NCBI RefSeq assembly: GCF_006345805.1
Contig: NC_042998.1
Span: forward strand, 154,008,001 to 154,072,000
DNA length: 64,000 nucleotides
Reading direction: 5' to 3'
Origin: Octopus sinensis
Taxonomy: Eukaryota
Under the pieces are notes generated by a model. That model searched no databases and had not been told where the DNA came from. It was given only the letters and a program-made list of their open reading frames with translations. Position numbers and translations under genes: made by a program. Of the stretch, positions 13,140 through 25,335 are shown one piece after another; the stretch's first letter is position 1; the number at the start of each line of letters is the position of its first letter.

Positions 13140-13850
13140 CAGCATCACCATCATTATTATTGTTATTTCACTTCTCAGAACTCTCGATTTCATTTGCTCT
13201 GGCTAATTCTGAGAGAGCAGACAATAATCTGTTGTCAAAAGTTTCACGAGATCTTCTTTCACGATACTTAACATTCAAGTACCAGTCTCAAAATCCTCAC
13301 AGTCCCTAATAAAGCAGTTTTCTGAGCATATTCTACCCTTATATCAATCCCATTTTCTTCACCAAATTTCTCATTCCTGATTGTTAATGCTCTCAGTGCC
13401 CCTACAACTACTAGTTTAACAGTTACTTTCTTCATTGCTACATTGTTGTGACTTGCAATTCTCAGTCTTTACCAATCCTGTATCATCCACTCACACATCC
13501 TCGGGTATGGCAATATCTATGACCTTAGTTTCCTTCATCATTTTATCAACTACAACAATGTCTGGTCTTCAAGCATCAATCACTGAATCACACTAGGTTG
13601 TAAAATCTCACAAGAACCCATTCATTATTCTTGGTGACACTATGTGGCTTATGCTCATACCATTTCAATGTCTCTTCAAGACCATACATCTCACACAATC
13701 TCTAATAAGCATTGTTAGCTATGTTATCATGCCTTCTTTTATATTCCTTTTGAGCCAATTTCCTATGCTCACTCACAATATGTGAGACTTGTTTTTTTTA
13801 TGCCACTCATCCTACTCTTATCTATTTGGAACTTGGTGTTATTATTATTA
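13140..13850 (-). mobile_element. R4/Dong-type LINE 3' fragment (RLE)
   Basis: RPDIVVVDKMMKETKVIDIAIP motif on the minus strand; ends with ALLGTVRILRLVLEC*. Confidence 0.8.
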
Positions 13851-14234
13851 GGATAGTAGGTATAAAAATTATACAGTGCTGGAGTAAATAATTTCTTGTA
13901 TTCAGTTGTATTTTATTTTTTTTTTTACATTCTGAGTTCAACTTGTTGTAGCTGAGTCCATTCTTTTACTCCTCTGGAGTAATCATTTCAAAGTATGACA
14001 CTCTACTCCATCTTTCTAGTTTTGTACCATTTAAGTAATCCTTTGGCTTTTTAGCTAAGATTAAATATACTAGAGCACTGGAGTGCTGAACTAAATAACT
14101 TGTGCACTTATGAAATAAATCATTATTACGGTGCATTAAATCAATTACACTCCTCCTCTAAAAATGTAACCATATGCCAAAGCTAGAAATCATAAGTGAT
14201 ATTACTATATGATATACATACATTTTATTTTCAG

Positions 14235-14343
14235 GGTTCATCGAGCTGGTGATGAGTCATCTAATTGGACATTTGTTATTAATCATTCTGACAGTACCTG
14301 TAAGAAAATAAAATTTTCAGCATCATCCCAATATGAAATGGTG
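14235..14343 (+). CDS. SH3BP2: Internal coding exon (109 nt, phase 2 to 0) encoding the C-terminal part of a PH domain, SH3BP2/3BP2-like
   Basis: Acceptor ttttattttcag|G, donor GTG|gtaagt, open frame (R)VHRAGDESSNWTFVINHSDSTCKKIKFSASSQYEMV; resembles recalled vertebrate SH3BP2 [40 protein letters not shown]; unique non-repeat context. Orthology not computed. Confidence 0.6.
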
Positions 14344-14799
14344 GTAAGTTCTATTTTCATTACATAATAGAAAAGCAGAATGTATTTGTGAGTTATTTTA
14401 TTTTATTGTAAGTGTTGTGTTGTGTTCTTGCATATAAGGATATAACCATGTTTGTTTACAGATTTTATTGTCTATTTCATGAATGATTGACTTTTTATCC
14501 TTTGCATAAAATGCAACATTTTGAAGAAAATTTTTAGTTAATTTAATTAAATGCAGTAATAAACTAATAAACTGACTATTTTATCAGCCCAGGAGGAATG
14601 ATACTCAACCTCAGCAGAGTTTGGAGCCTGAATCTATAAAACTATAAATGAATATCAAAGCATTTACTTTGGAACAAGACAAAAACATCCCACTTCTTAG
14701 GAGTATTTCTGCTTCAACATTTGATAAACTCACAGTGACTAGTTAAGCAGGAATTGATGAGGACCATTATTAATTACAGGTATTGCTAATAATAAAAAT

Positions 14800-16230
14800 T
14801 AAACAGCTTCCATTAGCTTTCCCAAAAGAATAGCAATAGATAACAGTAGCATAGAAGAGGAACTAGTTAGTTGCATAGAAGTAGTATCACAAATGATCTA
14901 CTAGTAGCAAGAATGGCTTATGACCTTTCTTTTGATGCAAAATATGAAGGATGTGTTCTTTGACTTAGGGGACATATGCTAGCAAGAAAGCTGTCCATTG
15001 GGCTTGAGTGCTAGAAGCATCATATTGTAAGTAAGTTATATTTCAGTCTTTGATGCAGGCATATACGATCCAGCTCTAAATAGGCACATGAAGTTTTCCA
15101 GCAGCAATTTACCATCTTGTTCATTAGAAACAACACTGAATACCATGAACTTCATACCCTACCCTAATATCATACTGTGACTGTTCACTAGGGAGGCGAA
15201 GTGCTACAAAAATCCAATTTCAGCAGATAGTGAGCAGGTTCAGGATGTTTCATCACTCTACATATCAGAGAAAGTTTGACTGTGGACACTTCTGTACCTG
15301 TAAAGTTACTAACTACTCCCATGTAGCTATGCAATGCCAAAGACTCTTGGAAGTTGTTCATAATCCACAATAAGACTTTACATGTTGCCATAATCCCCAG
15401 CATGACTTTGGAAATAATCTTCAATGACTTTGGAAGTTGCTAGTAATCCCTGGTATGACTTCTGGAAATTGCTCATAATTCCCACAATCCAGAAGAGGCT
15501 ACTCAGACTGCCCTTATCAATGACAAGTGTCATTCTCAGTCTATTGTTTTTCTCATACCCTCCATTAACCCTATATTGGATGTGTGTGTTGCTTCTCCAC
15601 TGATTTAATTGTCCTACAGGTACTCAGCAGTATTCTAGATGTCAACTGTTTAACTTTGATCTGCAGCTTAGTCAAGGAGATGAGTTGCAGAAAGATATGT
15701 CACATGAAAGGCACCCACTCCAGTTTGCTTTCACCTTTGTCATCACCATTGTCATTGAAGTTGTAAAGATATTTCTGCAGTTGTATCAGCCTCTGTATGT
15801 GACTGTGCATCATTATGCAGAATGTTGGCAGCAGAGTAATGAGGAGTTATGCTGACAAAAGATAGCAAACAACCTCCTTGAACACAATTTACAAACACAG
15901 TGTTTAGTATTGTACAGGGAAGATTTGTAAACAATTGAGTGGGATAACATATAGGGAATATTCCAGGACTTGAGTCTGTGTCTGTATGTAGCTAGGAAAA
16001 CTGAGAGCCTAGTGGCGCAATCATTTGAACATTACTGTGTGTTTATTATACTGAGCATTTCTTCCTGCACTTTTTGACTGGTTGAGTGCTACTTATAGAT
16101 TGCACTTTTGGATAAACAATTTTTGGGTACCTTTATAGATAAGCAATTTTGGGGCACCTCTACCAAGAATATACCAATGCCACCCACGGATCTTTACATG
16201 AAGCTACTATTATAAAAGACAAATGATTTT
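14800..16230 (-). mobile_element. Very decayed APE-type non-LTR retrotransposon
   Basis: Only traces of APE/RT motifs (e.g. KGSLSSPLL for QGS.LGPLL); family not assignable. Confidence 0.35.
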
Positions 16231-16299
16231 ATTGCATGAATGAGCTGGAGAGCTCTCTTCTATGGCACCAAATCTAATACCTCTCTCACCCCTCTAAAG

Positions 16300-16790
16300 A
16301 AAAAGACTGCTTTAACCTATAGACTTATAAAAATCCATCTCCTAACCCTCCTTTGGCTAACTTAGAAAAGGATCTACTTAAGTGATAAGAGATATCAAGT
16401 TCTCTAATAAAACTAACTTTTTCTACATGTTTTTTCAGTTGAAACTGAGAGTATGTACATCCTCTCAGTTGATACCTATACTTAGCTGAAATGATAAACA
16501 CACCCTTAGGAATGATTTTAAGCATATTAACAACCACCATTCCAAGCTCATTGTGAACCTTGGATTACTGGATAGAACTGAACCATACACACCTAACCTT
16601 CCTCCACTTCACCATAAGCCCAACTTCTCCATCAAACCTTCTATTAGACTAATTTGCCTCACAAAATCAGACTTAGGTTGCATTAGCAAATACATCATCA
16701 ACTGATGTATACCTTTAGCTGGGAGCAAAGTTAAGCTTCCACTTTGGAATTGTACCAATGACATCATCACTTGGTTCCATTCTCTCTCTC
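16300..16790 (+). mobile_element. Penelope-like element, RT N-terminal fragment
   Basis: HKPNFSIKPSIRLICLTKSDLGCISKYII...LPLWNCTNDIITWF matches the PLE KDHK..F....RLI.P.KS..G.ISK.IL...W.NT..VI.WF block. Confidence 0.75.
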
Positions 16791-17699
16791 TCTCCGACTC
16801 TCTCTCTCTCTCTCTCTCTAATAAGTCTCTCTATATAATCTCTCCTAATGATGATTAAGTCAAACTTACCATTTTGCAATCCTGGCAACATATTCCCCCC
16901 TTTCTCTCTCCCTCCCCCTCCTTGTACCTTTCCCCATTCTCAGCATACCTTCCACCTACATTACCCCACCTTTATTCCTTAAATTATTTCCCTGCCTCTT
17001 CCTGTCTTTCTTTATAACCAGCTTCCCTCACTAATCAATTTAAGATATCTGCTCCTCTCTGTTCTGGTACCTTTCTCCCTGTCTCACCACTACCTCCACT
17101 CCCAGTCTTTTATTTCATTGCTTGTCACTTCTTGTCTTTCTGTATAGCCAGTAATCACCTCTAATTGACTTAAAGTCTGCTTAGTGGACCACCAATAGTG
17201 TCTCCTTTCTCAGTGTAGTGAGACACAAAAGAGCCTATTTTGTCATGGTGGCATAGTACCGTTGAGCTATGCCCACTTCAACTAATTAGAGCTGGCTGCA
17301 GAAGGATGTCAGTAGCAACTTCAGCCCAGCAGTATTGTGTGCCCTTTTTGAATAGCTTGAGGTGTTGCAGTATTGACAGCCCTAGTGACAACATTGCCTC
17401 CTTCGATATGCTACTATTTCAGTATACCGCACACATGCTGCGTAACTCAATTCATGAATATCAGTTTTTACTCTGCTTCATATAACCAACTAAAATATAT
17501 AAAGTAAGTCAAGTAATTTCTTCCTGTTTTGCTACACCATTTCATGGTTTCACATACACACACACAGAGGAACCAATTTTCATTGCATCTTACCAGTACT
17601 TATTACAGTTTGAATAAATTATAAACCAGCCTTCTTGAATTTTCTTTATTTTCACCACTTGCAATGCAGCACATAATTGGAATCATTTATTTTAACATC

Positions 17700-18520
17700 T
17701 AAGTGGACTTTTACATGCCAGCAACAGCTCTACTTACAACATTACCAAATGCATTTCAATTCTTATTTACATCAGTAACTCTCTCAATCTGTTACAACAG
17801 TATTGGTCTTACCCCTCTCCTCCTCCCTCTGGCTCATTGCTTCTACCTCTATTCACTTCCTCTATTACTGACTTCCCCCTCCATCTCTCTACCTTGTATT
17901 TCTTCTTGTTCTTTCTGTACCTTTCTATTCCCTCTTTATGCTACTTACATCCTCCCTTTCCTTGACTTTTACTCCATTTCTTCCTCATCTCCCCTCAACC
18001 TTTAAATCTCTGGCACTATTAAATGAACTGCTTTTGCCAATTCTTTCTCCTAATGAAGGAAGGCAGTCTTATGGCAATATATCTATGTAACTATTTTACT
18101 GGTTGCATACCGGTGACTTTTTACGCATTCTATCTGCTAATTATGAACATAATAATTGTTACATAATTCCAAGCTTCCAGAAACAGCTGTCAAATTTTAA
18201 AAAAACTATGCATTCTTTCCTTAGTATTCAGTATTTTTTATGTTCTATGTAAACATATTTGTCTATATATATACATATTTATGTTTGTACATATTTGATT
18301 ATCATGTATATGTATATATGTTTGTATATATCAAACCTAACTATGTTTATCTGCATCACTATCCCCATACCAACTCACCTGGATTTATCTTATAGCCACT
18401 CTTTATCCCATGGACCTATTCTGTGATCAAGATTTCAGCATTTAAGTTCAAACCATTTTAGCACCATTGCATGTTTTCTGTACTGAGCATTTCTAGACCT
18501 CACCTTTTGACTGTGTAATA
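17700..18520 (+). repeat. Pyrimidine-rich interspersed repeat, probably Penelope-derived; second copy about 26790-28000
   Basis: Shared CTCACCTGGATT..TCTTATAG.CACTCTTTA and AAGTTCAAA.CATTT.AGCAC blocks at 18375-18460 and 27850-27940. Confidence 0.55.
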
Positions 18521-18539
18521 TATATATATATATAAGTAC

Positions 18540-19080
18540 AAAGTGAGATAGGGGTTATGAGTGTAACCCACTATGGGATATCAGTTATCCCATATACTGC
18601 CAGTGAAGTACCCAAAAGGCTAATACATAAATGCTTACAATTGCAATGCAATTAGTTCATTTATTGTATTAGATGGGCGAAGGTAAAATGTTTTACCTCA
18701 AAATCATAATACAAATACGAAAATGGAGGAACAGATTCCTTTCAATCATCAACTTACAGATAATACCAATTCATATAATTTATTAACTAATTAAATAGGA
18801 ACATCCAAATCCAACAGAATAAAATAGAATAAAATAATATACATCAATAAGTAAGATAATACCATAAAAATATTACATATAAAATGGATCTTACAGCTGT
18901 TTCAGCCTGTAGATAAAGGTATTTCATTGTGCCTATAATATTCAAATGTATTGAGGTAATATGCAGTTAAAAATGAGTTACTTATATATATATCTCAAGG
19001 CCTCATCAGAGATTATATAGTACAATTATGAAAATATAAAATGCAAATATAAATATGAAACAAAATACACATACACAAGA
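18540..19080 (-). mobile_element. Hammerhead-bearing Penelope pseudo-LTR-like repeat, copy 1
   Basis: Colinear with 39975-40530 (+), e.g. AAGTTGATGA, CCTCCATTTTC, TTTACCTTC.CCCAT, GCAGTATAT.GGATA. Confidence 0.7.
18888..19013 (-). ncRNA. Type I hammerhead ribozyme, intact core
   Basis: Minus strand: AUCU-CUGAUGA-GGCCU...(89 nt)...AGGCU-GAAA-CAGCUG-UA^-AGAU. Confidence 0.75.
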
Positions 19081-19514
19081 ATATATAGATATATATAAGT
19101 GTATATACATATATATATACATATATATAAGTATATATATAATAATATACATACACATAAGGTTACAGGTAATCAAATATGTATACATACTGGAGTATAC
19201 ATATATATCCACATCAAAGGGTACATATACAAAGTCCAAAGTTCATTGTATTACATTACCAAAACTATTAATATTATTATTATTAATAATACCAATAATG
19301 GAATATGTGCATTCTGCTATTCACAATACATAGTAGATGGAAAATACCACATAAAATATAGCATAATATAATACAGTGTAACACAATATAATATAATATA
19401 ATATATTGTATATTACATATATAATATAGTATAACATAATATATAGACAGATGCCTATGGGAGATACCAGCACAATTAATTCAACAAATAATGCAATATA
19501 ATATATAATATATA

Positions 19515-21165
19515 AACAAGGATTAGAATCGAAGGGCCTTAGAATCAACCTAGCCAAAACCAAAATCCTAATAAGTAGAAAGGTAGACCAATCACAAATG
19601 ACTTCAGGTAGATGGCCCTGCTCGATCTGTAAAAAAGGTGTAGGTAGAAACTCTATAAGGTGCACCAAGCGTAAGCTATGGACACATAAGAGGTGCAGCA
19701 ATGTCAAAGGAAGGCTAACTAGGAAAGTAGTTTTTGTCTGTGGCAGATGCTCAGGAGCAATAAACACTGGAAATGTGCAGAGACCAACTTCTACCACGTT
19801 CCAGGGAGACAAACTAGAAGTAGTTGATAGCTTCCGCTACCTAGGTGACCAAGTCAGTAGCGGGGGTGGGTGTGCTGAAAGTGTAACTGCTAGAGTAAGA
19901 ATAGCCTGGGCAAAGTTTAGAGAGCTCTTACCCCTGCTGGTGACAAAAGGCCTCTCGCTCAGAGTAAAAGGCAGACTGTATGATGCATGTGTACGTACAG
20001 CCATGCTACATGGTAGTGAAACATGGGCTGTGACTGCTGAGGATATGCGTAAGCTCACAAGAAATGAAGCCAGTATGCTTCGATGGATGTGTAATGTCAG
20101 TGTTCATAATCGACAGAGTGTAAGTACCTTGAAAGAAAAGTTGGACCTAAGAAGCATCAGTTGTGGTGTGCAAGAGAGACGTTTGCGCTGGTATGGTCAT
20201 GTGACGAGAATGGCTGAAGGTAGTTGTGTGCAAAAGTGCCACACCCTAGCAGTTGAGGGAACCTGTGGAAGAGGTAGACCCAGGATAAACCTGGAACAAG
20301 GTGGTGAAGCATGACCTTCGAACTTTAGGTCTCACCAAGGAAATGACTAGAGACCGAGACCTATGGAAGTATGCTGTGCGTGAGAAGACCCGGCAAGACT
20401 AGTGGGACCATAACCCGTGGCCTCTACCTGGTATGTAGCCAGTCAACTTATACATACCTTTCCTTCTTGGGACACAAAACTCCACTCGTGAAGACCCGTT
20501 GAGGCAAGTGAAAATCAAATCAAACCAAATCAAATCAGATATCAGAAAGCAGAACCAAAATCGAAGTCGATCAACATCAATGGAAATTGCGGCTGTGATA
20601 CCAGTGCCGGTGACAAGTAAGTGAACCATCCAATCATGGCTGTTGCCAGCGCCGCCCCGACTGGCCTCCGTGCTGGTGACACATAAAAAGCACCATCCGT
20701 TCGTGGCCGTTGCCAGCATCGCCTGGCCCCGTGCCGGTGGCACATAAAAAGCACCATCCATTCATGGCCGTTGCCAGTCTCGCCTGGCCCTCATGCTGGT
20801 GGCACGTAAAAAGCACCATCCGTTCGTGGCCGTTGTCAGCGCCGCCCCGACTGGCCTCCGTGCCGGTGGCACGTAAAAGCACCATCCGCTCGTGTCCGTT
20901 GCCAGCTTCGCCTGGCCCCCGTGCCGGTGGCACGTAAAAGCACCATCCATTCATGGCCGTTTGCCAGCTCCGTCTGGCACCTGCGTGGGTGGCCGTAAAA
21001 AGCACCCACTACACTCGCGGAGTGGTTGGCGTTAGGAAGGGCATCCAGCTGTAGAAACACTGCCAGATCAGACTGGACCTGATGCAGCCTTCTGGCTTCA
21101 CAGACCCCAGTTGAACCGTCCAACCCATGCTAGCATGGAAAACGGATGCTAAATGATGATGAATG
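19515..21165 (+). mobile_element. 5'-truncated RTE-clade LINE with Cys/His (PHD-like) insert in RT and a tandem-repeat 3' UTR
   Basis: ORF 19598-20314 (WPCSICKKGVG...FRYLGDQ...LHGSETW...RLRWYGHV...GRGRP); (GAT)n tail. Confidence 0.9.
20620..21005 (+). repeat. 60-67 bp minisatellite in the RTE 3' UTR (6-7 units)
   Basis: AAAAGCACC recurs near 20685, 20746, 20808, 20875, 20936 and 20997. Confidence 0.9.
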
Positions 21166-21242
21166 TCATTATATTCATATAACATACAGTGAAAATCGAA
21201 ACTTTAGTCTAAATCTGCATACATATATATACACACAGGTAA

Positions 21243-22663
21243 TAATAATGTTCGTCCTTCGGTTTCGAAGATGACCACTGACATCATCTGGTGGAACTGC
21301 CGCCATGAGACCGGAGGTGGCTGGTGAGGCCAATCCGGGCAAGGAAGCCACTCCCACAGGTGGGGCAGAAGTGGGTAGGGGCCGTGCTACTGGTGCAGGC
21401 GGCTCTGGCTTTCCGCATCTGGCGTTTCTGCTCTGCTGACCGAATCCGTCCCTCCTCGGCTGTCCCTGCTCCTGTGGTGATTGCGCTGCGCCAGGATGAG
21501 CGGTCGGCAGCAAGTGTCTCCCAGGTCTCTGTGCCGATGGAGAAGTCTTTGAGAGATACCTTGAGACTGTCTTTGAAGCGCTTCTTCTGCCCTCCGACTT
21601 TGCGTTTGCCCTGGCTGAGTTCACCGTAGAAGAGCTGTTTTGGGATGCGAGTGTCAGACATGCGGGAGACGTGGCCCGCCCATCTCAGCTGGGCCTTGCA
21701 CATGATTGTGATGGTGCTAGGGAGATCTGCCTGCTTCAGAACTTCCGTGTCTGGGACTTTGTCCTGCCAGCGGATGTGAAAGAGGTTCCGAAGACACCTG
21801 AGGTGGAAGTGGTTTATCTGGCGCTCATGCCTTCGGTAAGCAGTCCACGTCTCGCAGCCATATAATTGGGTGGTAAGCACGACTGCCCGGTAGACTTTCA
21901 GCTTGGTGTTGAGGCTGATTCCTCTCCGCTCCCAGACTTTCTTTCGCAGTCTCCCAAACGCGCTGCTAGCCTTGGAGATTCTGTTGATAGTTTCAGCATC
22001 TATGTTGGCATTGCAGGAGAGAGTGCTGCCCAGGTAGGTGAAGTTTTCCACCGCTCGTAGGATCCATCCGTTCACCTTTATCTGAGGCTCATGGTATTGT
22101 TTGCCGGGGGCTGGCTGAAACATCACTTCGGTTTTCTTGGCACTGATGGTGAGACCGAAGTTGTCACAGGCTGATGAGAACCTGTCCATCTCGAGCTGCA
22201 TCTCCTGCTCATCGATTGCATTAAGGGCGCAGTCGACTGTCTCCCTCACCTTTGTGACAGCCTGCAATCTTCTGGAGTTGAAAAGTTTCCCATCTGTCCT
22301 GTACTTGATGTTGATACCGGACTTGCAGTCCCTAAAGGCGTCGGACAGCATTGCCGAGAACATGATGCTGAACAGTGTTGGGGCCAGGACACAGCCCTGC
22401 CTGACTCCGTTGGTCACCTGGAAGGCTTCAGATGAGTTGCCGTCTTCAAGGACTCTGGCTGTCATTCCGTCATGGAACTGGCGGACAATTGCAATAAATT
22501 TGCTGGGGCAACCAAATTTTCCCATGACCTTCCATAGTCCCTCCCGACTGACTGTATCGAAAGCCTTGGTGAGGTCAACAAAGGTCATGCAGAGGTCAGT
22601 CCTGACACTGGTGTTAAAATCCCCAAGGAGGATGAGCTTCCCAGGCTGGGCTGACGTGATGTT
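21243..22663 (-). mobile_element. Young RTE-BovB-like LINE, internally deleted, 10-bp TSD
   Basis: Stop-free ORF with RT (VDLTKAFD, GVRQGCVLAP, YLGS, RWAGHV) and C2H2 (CPTCGSGFLARIGLTSHLRSH); TSD ACACAGGTAA at 21233-21242 and 22664-22673. Confidence 0.92.
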
Positions 22664-24015
22664 ACACAGGTAACAAATACATGTATATGCATTTACATAC
22701 ATGCGCAAAAACATCCACTAATGCATATGCATATATACAGAGATTTTTATCCTTTTACATCATACAAAGCTGATGGGGTAGGGAGAGTAAAATTTATAAT
22801 ACTTAACTATTTGACAGCCATAATCCCAATGATAATTTGAAATATATAGGTACATTTTAGAGAGTTTTTCAAAGAATCAGAATAATTTCAGTAAGGATGG
22901 AGAATATAGAAATAATTTCATATTTATATAATTTTCTATACTAATTTAATAATATATATTTATAGTTAATTAGTAAATAGTAATTTATTGGTATTAATGA
23001 GTTAAATTAAAAGAATATATTAAATATTTTCTATATGCTAATAACCTTAGAATATATCTCTTGTATTATAAAATAGATAGTGAAATATTTCAGTATGGTT
23101 CTGTATAGGTTGAGTGTGAACTCAATAGAAGTGTATTATCAATAAAATGATATAGTGGGTAAATAAGTAAGATAAAATGGTGTAAAATTAAAGTAAAGGA
23201 ATTTAAATGAGTATATTGAAAAATAAATATAAATTATTGTAGAATATTATAGATAAGGGGTAGAATAGATTTATGTTCTAAAAACTTATAGAATATACCT
23301 AGCTTATTTATATTGATAGGTGAGGTAAGCTGTTATGAGAAAATCTCTTATAATTTTATAATTTCTAGATTAAAATTAATATTTACTTATCATGGGAATT
23401 GTCATAAATGGCTAGTGTTTAATATTGAGTAAAGAAATGATCAAGCTATTATATTATTAAGACATATAAAATTTTGGGTTCTATTATAGATTTAAGAAAA
23501 AGTTATTATTATTTCTTATATGATAATTTATATTTATTAATTGTTACTTATAAAATGTTATCTTCTTTATTTATAATTTATTTATAAAGCTTTCTAATAC
23601 ATACAAAGATCATGAGGGTGGGGTTGTTTTAGAGAAATAGAAACCAAATAACCTAGATATTATTATCTATTCCTTTATCAGGTTTTGAATATTAATTAAG
23701 GGGATTTAGAAGAACTTTTTATGAGAATATCCCTAGTAAATAAGGTATTAATTGGTACACATATCAAAATCTTTAAAGTATAATGTTAGGGAAGCAACCA
23801 AGATGTAAGTTTCTAAAATTAGAAACATTTAAATTTAGTATTAAGAGTGAAGTGTAGTTTAATGGGGTATAATAATTTAGGCTAGTTAGAGGTAATATTT
23901 ATAATATTAAAAAAAGAATTAGGTGGAGTAGAATTCCTGCAGAAATAGATGTGGAAATTACCAATTCTTTAAAACTTATTGTGGACTAGGTATACAACTT
24001 AATAATTTCATTAGC

Positions 24016-24435
24016 TACTCTTTTACTCTTTACTCTTTTACTTGTTTCAGTCATTTGACTGTGGCCATGCTGGAGCACCGCCTTTAATCGAGCAACTCGA
24101 CCCCGGGACTTATTCTCTTGTAAGCTCAGTACTTATTCTATCGGTCTCTTTTGCCGAACCACTAAGTAACAGGGATATAAACACACCAGCATCGGTTGTC
24201 AAGCAATGTTAGGGGGACAAACACGGACACACAAACACACACACGCATATATATATATATATACATACATACAACAGTCTTCTTTCAGTTTCCGTCTACC
24301 AAATCCACTCACAAGGCTTTGGTCGGCCCGAGGCTATAGTAGAAGACACTTGCCCAAGGTGCCACACAGTGGGACTGAACCCGGAACCATGTGGCTGGTA
24401 AACAAGCTACTTACCACACAGCCACTCCTGTGCCT
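24016..24435 (-). mobile_element. Full-length tRNA-derived SINE
   Basis: A box TGGCTGTGTGG, B box GGTTCAGTCCC, central CTTGGGCAAGTGTCTTCTACTATAGCC...GGTAGACGGAAACTGAAAGAAG domain (Deu/Nin-like, tentative), tail GGCGGTGCTCCAGCATGGCCACAGTCAAATGACTGAAACAA(GTAAAAGA)n. Confidence 0.9.
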
Positions 24436-24539
24436 ATAGATATATAAAATTTATGTAATAATTATAGAAATTTAAAAAAATTTTATTCAACTGTATTCAA
24501 TTTGTTTATATTACTAAATTTCTTAATAACTATTGTTGA

Positions 24540-25283
24540 TTAAATAAAAAATAGTAGGGTGTATTATTTCCTTAGTGGATTTTTAAAAACATTAAGATCT
24601 AAAATTTTGGAATAACAAAAATGCTATTTTAAAAAATATTTAAAGGTACTGGTAGTACAATGTATGCATGATACTCCTAGTTCAAAACAGTTATTTAATA
24701 AGTTTACATTATACCTATGTTTCAAAATTTCATATATCTCCATAGAGCAAAGTTCACATCCATCCCTACTATTTTTATAAGGCTGTGCCTTTCTTACTAT
24801 GTCCCATTTAAGGCTAAATCTAATATTTCCTTTTAGCTCCAAATTTTATTAGATAGTGTTGTGCAACCTGCCTTATGTTTAAGTCTAAAAGTTGAATTAT
24901 GATTGTTTATACGTTTCTTCAGGTCTATCGTACAACCAAAATAAATAAAGCTATTATTTGAAGTTATTACTGTACATTTATATACTACATTTTGGACCAG
25001 ACACTGACTAGATACTGGACAGTGGGATCTGGTTCTACAATTACAACTGGGGGCGATGATTCTTGATATTAGTATTATTTGGGAACAATTTGTTTTTATT
25101 GTTATTATTAAAACCATTATTAACATTAATAGTATTCTCCTTATCTATAATTATATTATTAGGTAAGTTATGGTTTTGGCTATTTGTTTCTAATGTTTCC
25201 TCCATTCTCATTATTAATGTTATCATTGATATTATTGATATTATTATTATTATTGTTTATATTAATATTAATATTATTATTAC

Positions 25284-25335
<52 letters not shown>

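Noticed and set aside
20620-21005. CRISPR-like regularly spaced repeats (also 60770-61035)
   Set aside because: Whole units are homologous with no unique spacers, no cas genes, eukaryotic LINE 3' UTR context
22700-24010. Possible mitochondrial insertion (NUMT)
   Set aside because: TAA/TAG stops in the frames tried under the invertebrate mitochondrial code; no recognisable mt gene, tRNA or rRNA motif
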